DNA of 63,273 nucleotides, the filler included, from Pelomyxa schiedti (Eukaryota; Protista; Evosea), in the NCBI GenBank assembly GCA_020536535.1. It is 6 parts of 6 records of this genome, joined end to end, with 100 filler letters (N's around TTAATTAATTAA, not from the genome) between each part and the next. Parts side by side here need not be neighbours in the genome. Positions count along the whole stretch, not along the records: positions 58,582 to 59,609 come from JAHLWZ010002975.1; positions 59,710 to 60,782 come from JAHLWZ010002885.1; positions 60,883 to 63,273 come from JAHLWZ010002013.1; 3 more parts are not named here. One strand, given 5' to 3'. A program made the translations under genes and the position numbers. Positions 58,582 through 63,273 of the stretch are shown here, one piece after another; the stretch's first letter is position 1; the number at the start of each line of letters is the position of its first letter. The notes beneath the pieces were generated by a model, which made no database searches, had not been told where the DNA came from, and saw only the letters and a program-made list of their open reading frames with translations.

Positions 58582-58858
58582 ATGGAACTGGACTCGTGAC
58601 AACCGCTACTTCATGTGTGTGGAACAGGCTCAATTGGCCTTTGGTGGCGGGTGTGTTATTCTACTTATTCCCTACTACGAACATTCATTAACACAAAATC
58701 CCAAAAGAGGTGGAAAGGGTTTTGGGCTCCAGATTGACGAGGAGTTGCATTTCGGGTTCACCACAAACTGCGACACATTTGAAAATGAACCCCTTGATGG
58801 AACAGGCAATGAGCAATTTGAGTGCATGTCCCTTGAGGTCATTGCCTTCACCGACTGA
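58582..58858 (+). CDS. C-terminus of a TLDc-domain (OXR1/NCOA7-like) protein, 5'-truncated
   Basis: WTRDNRYFM..LAFGG|GGGKGFGLQIDEELHFGFTTNCDTFENEPL..FECMSLEVIAF*. Confidence 0.88.
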
Positions 58859-59124
58859 CCAGTGCTTTTCATACCGTTCTCAATCCCTAATTTTGTTATT
58901 GTTGAATATGGAAGCCAAAGTGAGTTGAAGTTGTGTTTGAAAGCAATTCACTCAAACTATGTTACTGGCAACATTCACTATGGAAAAAGCGGCCAGGTCC
59001 CATGTCCACAACCCCCAAAAAACAAATCAAGCTAATTCAAGACCCTGTAAGGGACACTAGGCGAAACGGCTTTTGCCAAAAGTAAAAACCTCATGCTCTT
59101 TGTCAGAAATGTTTTTATTATACA

Positions 59125-59609
59125 TTAGCAACATCCACCATCGTTAGTATCAGTGCGAGGTTCTCCTATTCTGATGGGTTCGTCGTCGTCAGCACCTTTA
59201 CCCCCTGTGTCAGCTTGTGGCGTGAGGTCTATGCGTATGTTTGGTTAAAATCATTTGATGATTGGGTAGTGACACACTTCTTGCAATGTAGTCAAAGAGC
59301 TCTCTGACATTCTTGTTCATTTTGGCAGATGTAGAGAAATGCTTTGCACCAACCGTGGAAGCGTATCTTGTAGAGTTAAAACATAAGTATGGAAAGAGCC
59401 TGCACACGTCTCAGCTTCATCAAGTGATACAACCCGGTTTCTTTCGATGTCACTTTTGTTACCGGCAATAACAATTAAAATTGGGGGGACACCAGGTCGG
59501 GTATTTGCCATTTTGCGCAGTTCCTGGACCCAGTTATGTACCCTGTCAAATGAATCCCTGTCCGTGATATCATATACAAGAATTGCACAACTAGCATCTA
59601 CGAACTATC
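59125..59609 (-). CDS. RAB21: Rab21-like GTPase, 5'-truncated
   Basis: AILVYDITDRDSFDRVHNWVQELRKM..IAGNKSDIERNRVVS..YASTVGAKHFSTSAKMNK, ending GGCC*. Confidence 0.82.
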
Positions 59610-59709
59610 NNNNNNNNNNNNNNNNNNNNNNNNNNNNNNNNNNNNNNNNNNNNTTAATTAATTAANNNNNNNNNNNNNNNNNNNNNNNNNNNNNNNNNNN
59701 NNNNNNNNN
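59610..59709. other. Artificial contig linker
   Basis: N-TTAATTAATTAA-N spacer. Confidence 0.97.
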
Positions 59710-60782
59710 TGCAACCGTTGTGGCCTTTGGAAGTGTCTGTTCTCAGCCACGCTGCGGCGATGAAAACCAAAGCAAAGGGTCAGCCACTGAGTGTGCAACA
59801 ATGGATGGTGGAATTCCTGACAGATGTGATTTCTTCATCATCTTCTGCAACAGTGGAACCTGGTTTGTTCCCTATTATTCGGCTGCTTCTCATTTTCACC
59901 TGTTGTAGGTACTGATGGAGGGAATAAAACAGCCAGCTTGGCACACTTTTTACTTGGAGTTGTACTCTCAAAGGGTCATGGAGAATGGACGTTCACTGCT
60001 GAAACCAAAAGCATGGAGCACATCAAGATTGCAGCTGAGGGCGGCGACCAGAGGGCACAGTTCTGGTTGTGGCGTTACTGTGGTAGAGAGAAATACAGGG
60101 AGTACCTCCACAGGTCAGCTTCACACGGATACTGCCCCGCTTTGTTTATTCTGGCACAACAGTGCCTGAGAGATGTGCCAGTCAACACTTCCGAGGGTCT
60201 CAGGTTGCTGCGAATTGGAGCAGTGGAAAAAGGGGACCCATCAAGCCAGCTTGAGCTTGGTTGTCTTTTACTCGAACAAGGGAACTCTGGAGAGGCCTTC
60301 AGGTTGTTAAAGCTTGCCTCTGACCAAGGCCTGCCTGAAGGACAGAATGCTCTGGCAGTCTGTTATTCCCAGAGAACTCCTTTCGCAAGCGGTTGTTGTG
60401 GGGAGAGAAATGATCAGGAGGCACTGCGCTTGTGGAAGCTATCTGCTGACCAGGGTCTTGCTGCATCACAGTTCATGCTTGGTCACTGTTACATGTCTGG
60501 GGACATTGTGCCACAGGACTACGAATCTGCTGCCATGTACCTCTCATTGGCTGCCAAGGCAGGTATCCCCCAGGCCCAGTATTTTCTGGCCACGCTGTAT
60601 GTGGAGGGAAGAGGAGTGGAGGAAGATGCAGCAAAGGGAGTTATGTTGCTGCAGAAGGCATCAGAAGGAGGGCTGATATCAGCCCACATGAGACTAGGGA
60701 CCATGTACACGAAGGGCACCAGTGCCACACCACAGAACTTCACCCTGGCTCTTAAGCATTTTCAGGCTGCAGTGGAACAAGG
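59710..60782 (+). CDS. SEL1-like repeat protein, internal fragment
   Basis: SADQGLAASQFMLGHCYMSGDIVPQDY and AQYFLATLYVEGRGVEEDA. Truncated at both ends. Confidence 0.85.
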
Positions 60783-60882
60783 NNNNNNNNNNNNNNNNNN
60801 NNNNNNNNNNNNNNNNNNNNNNNNNNTTAATTAATTAANNNNNNNNNNNNNNNNNNNNNNNNNNNNNNNNNNNNNNNNNNNN
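60783..60882. other. Artificial contig linker
   Basis: N-TTAATTAATTAA-N spacer. Confidence 0.97.
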
Positions 60883-63181
60883 CCCGGGTGGCTGGCCGAC
60901 GCCCGCCCGCGGTGCCAGTGCGGCGACCCCATCGACGCCCACGGCGCCCACGGCGACCCCTGGGCCCGCCACCTCGACCTGTTCCGCGCCGCAGAGGCGA
61001 TGTTCCCCATCGTCGCGCTCGCGTGCTGCAGGGCGACGGCGTCGTCGGAAGACGGCGAGGGGGACGGCGGGCGCCGCCACGCGGGGACGTACCTCACGAT
61101 TGCAACTGCGGCCCGGGCCCCGGCCCCGTCGTGCATCGCGTGGATCCTGAACAGGAAGTACCGGAGCAGGCACGGCGGGGCGGCGGCGCCGAATCTACCG
61201 GCGAAGGCCGGTTCAGGGAGCAACAAGGGCTCGAGGGAGAAGCACGCAGAAACGGAGTGCGAGAGACTGAGGGCCGTGAAGGAGGCGAGCGCGGTGCTTC
61301 TTGGGCTGTGCCTTGGTGGGCACGTGGAGGCGGCTGGCGCGATGTTGGGTTGCGGCGGCGGCGGCGGCGATTATGGGACAGGTGGTACCGGTGATGGTGC
61401 TGCTGCTGGGTCACTTCCGGCATTGTGGGATGGGCGCGAGGTGGTGCGGTGGAAGAATGCTTTCCGATGTGGTGATGGTGTAATTAGTGATAGGACAAAT
61501 ACACTGGAGTACAGGGTGAGGGAGTATGTGAAGGCATCGTGTGGGATGCACACGTTTGTGGGGTCGGTCTGTGCGGCTGGAAATTTGAGGGCAGTTAGGT
61601 GGGTATTTGAGAGTGTGATGCGAATTCCTGTGAGGAATGCAGCGAAAGAAGCACTGTGGATCTTGTACTCGCCAATGATGTCGGCCCTGCGAAGCGGCAA
61701 TATGGAAGTATTCAAGTGGATGATTGAGGAATTCAACTTGGAGAACCTGCCTCAGAGGGTTGCATCCGACCTGTTTGGGTGGTGCGAAAGAGGTTTTGGT
61801 CCTGGGAATTGCCAATGGTTTGCTGAGAAGTTCTCTATAAGTCTCAGCAAGGACAAAGTGATAGGAACACTGCTGCAGAATCAGCACTTCACTTCCGTGG
61901 AAGATCTTGTATGGCTTGAAAGTGATGCCATAGAGTTACAGTTGCCTAGTTGCATTCTGAGATCCATTTCGAATCCCGTTGCTGCCAAGTGGGCACTCAA
62001 AACTTCTACTGTTGATCCAACTGAGAGTGATTATAATCGACTCTGCCAAAACATGGGAGATGTGGAATTCCTTCAGTGGATCATCACCGAGAAGAGCTTC
62101 ACCCCAACCCCAGCCACATTTTCCTCTGCCTGTTCTACCTCAAACAAAAGAGGGTCTTCCCTTGCAAGGTGGTTGTCAACCAGGGTCACTCTCCAGCCAC
62201 TGGACATCCAAAACGCGCTTGTAGCAGCGATCCGGTTCAACAACACTGAAGTTGCCGAGTGGCTGGAAGCTACATTCCACGTCATGGATACAGTGAATCT
62301 TACACCAGAGAACGCTGGAGACACTTTGGTGGAGATATGTGAGGGATTCGATTCTTTTGCTGAAAGCACAGCCGGGCTGAAATGGTTTGTTCAACACCTA
62401 TCAAAGCCTTCCACAATAACCGAGACCTCAATTCACGCAGCTCTGTCAGCACTCCAGCAACATTCCTATTACCGTGGGCCCTCTTCTGTGTTGGTCCTGC
62501 TGGACACTTTCCCGGCATGTCAACTGCATACAGACAAAGAGTTGTTTGAGAATATTGTGAGTTACTTCCTGCAACATGACCTGAAGTGTCTTCAGCACCT
62601 CTTCCAATGTGTTGGTTCCTCATCGGCATCATTATGGGCACCACTTGTGGCAAAGGCCCTTACCTCAAGCACGGTACCACTATCATCCAGCAAACTTGTC
62701 AAGTGGGTTGTTTGCAAGTTCAACCTACGGTACAAAAACATCAAAGTCGGTGATAACTGCCTCTTGTTCAAGCTCCTCTCCCGGAATAAGAACAGGTGTG
62801 CACAGTGGCTCCTTTATTACTTCGACGTCCCTTTGATGGATGTATGTAAACCCCCTTTTTTTTGGTACCAAGCATCAACAAAGCCTCTGACACCCCACTC
62901 AACAGATTATCCAAATGACAAAAAGGTGGTGTCATACAACGGCCTTCCACATTGACCTCACCGGGTGGCAGATCATTCTGGCTAGGTACCCAACCATTGA
63001 TGTGGCCAGGATTCGCAAGCACTTTATGACACTAGTGACAATGTCACCACACGTTGCTATGTACACCAGGCACAAGTACGGCACCCCAACAGAGGCTAAG
63101 TGCAGAATTGTTCTCGCTGGCAGATACAGTTCAACACTTCCACGTGAAGTTAAGCTGTGGCTTGGCCTGACTGATGATTGA
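60883..63181 (+). CDS. Family Y lineage-specific protein with degenerate ankyrin-like helical repeats, 5'-truncated
   Basis: Repeated GLCLGGHVEAA, VCAAGNLRAVRWV, ALRSGNMEVFKWM, GDVEFLQWI and NNTEVAEWL. One intron at about 62842-62906 joins it to the 62915-63181 ORF. Confidence 0.8.
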
Positions 63182-63273
63182 AATGAAACACTCACTCAAT
63201 CGGAACACTAAAACCAATTATTAAGTGCCTCGCAGTTGCAAACTCCAACGTCAGGGCCATCGGCTCCAAAACG

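Noticed and set aside
31381-60882. Recurrent palindromic TTAATTAATTAA in N runs as a biological motif or insertion site
   Set aside because: Five identical 100-bp N-flanked all-frame-stop spacers are artificial joins. Gene adjacency across them is meaningless.
1-63273. Prokaryotic defence systems, transposases, reverse transcriptases, tRNA or rRNA genes, stop-codon reassignment
   Set aside because: No supporting motifs seen. In-frame stops in conserved genes are explained by short spliceosomal introns, and TAA, TAG and TGA all terminate genes.

Overview
Intron-rich, gene-dense eukaryotic DNA with short introns (mostly about 35-70 nt) and intergenic gaps down to about 50 bp. It is a concatenation of six contigs: five 100-bp N-TTAATTAATTAA-N spacers (31381, 53443, 58482, 59610, 60783) are artificial all-frame-stop linkers. 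Two plain 100-N scaffold gaps (17710, 47232) have duplicated flanks. Gene content suggests a flagellated amoebozoan, possibly an archamoeba such as Pelomyxa; this is an inference, not a database result. Recognisable genes: MKS1, an RWP-RK factor, Ran, RPB7, a Rab21-like and an atypical Rab-like GTPase, a divergent 14-3-3, a DH-PH-DH RhoGEF, a gelsolin-flanked dual-specificity phosphatase, a Clu+WD40 protein, a TLDc fragment, an NRF-6/AT3 acyltransferase, an F-box protein and three SEL1 proteins. Main leads: (1) a ZZ zinc finger fused to a carboxylic-acid-reductase-like A-T-R enzyme, directly upstream of a co-oriented membrane acyltransferase; (2) an intronless family (6 full copies plus 1 fragment) with a constant F-box-like N-terminal cassette, homogenised at the DNA level in one pair, and a variable beta-rich body; (3) CpG-to-TpG/CpA decay between paralogues plus CpG-island-like 5' ends, implying CG methylation; (4) an RRM fused to a probable PPP pseudophosphatase; (5) a structured, C/D-box-like candidate ncRNA at about 9080-9240. 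All exon boundaries were read by eye.
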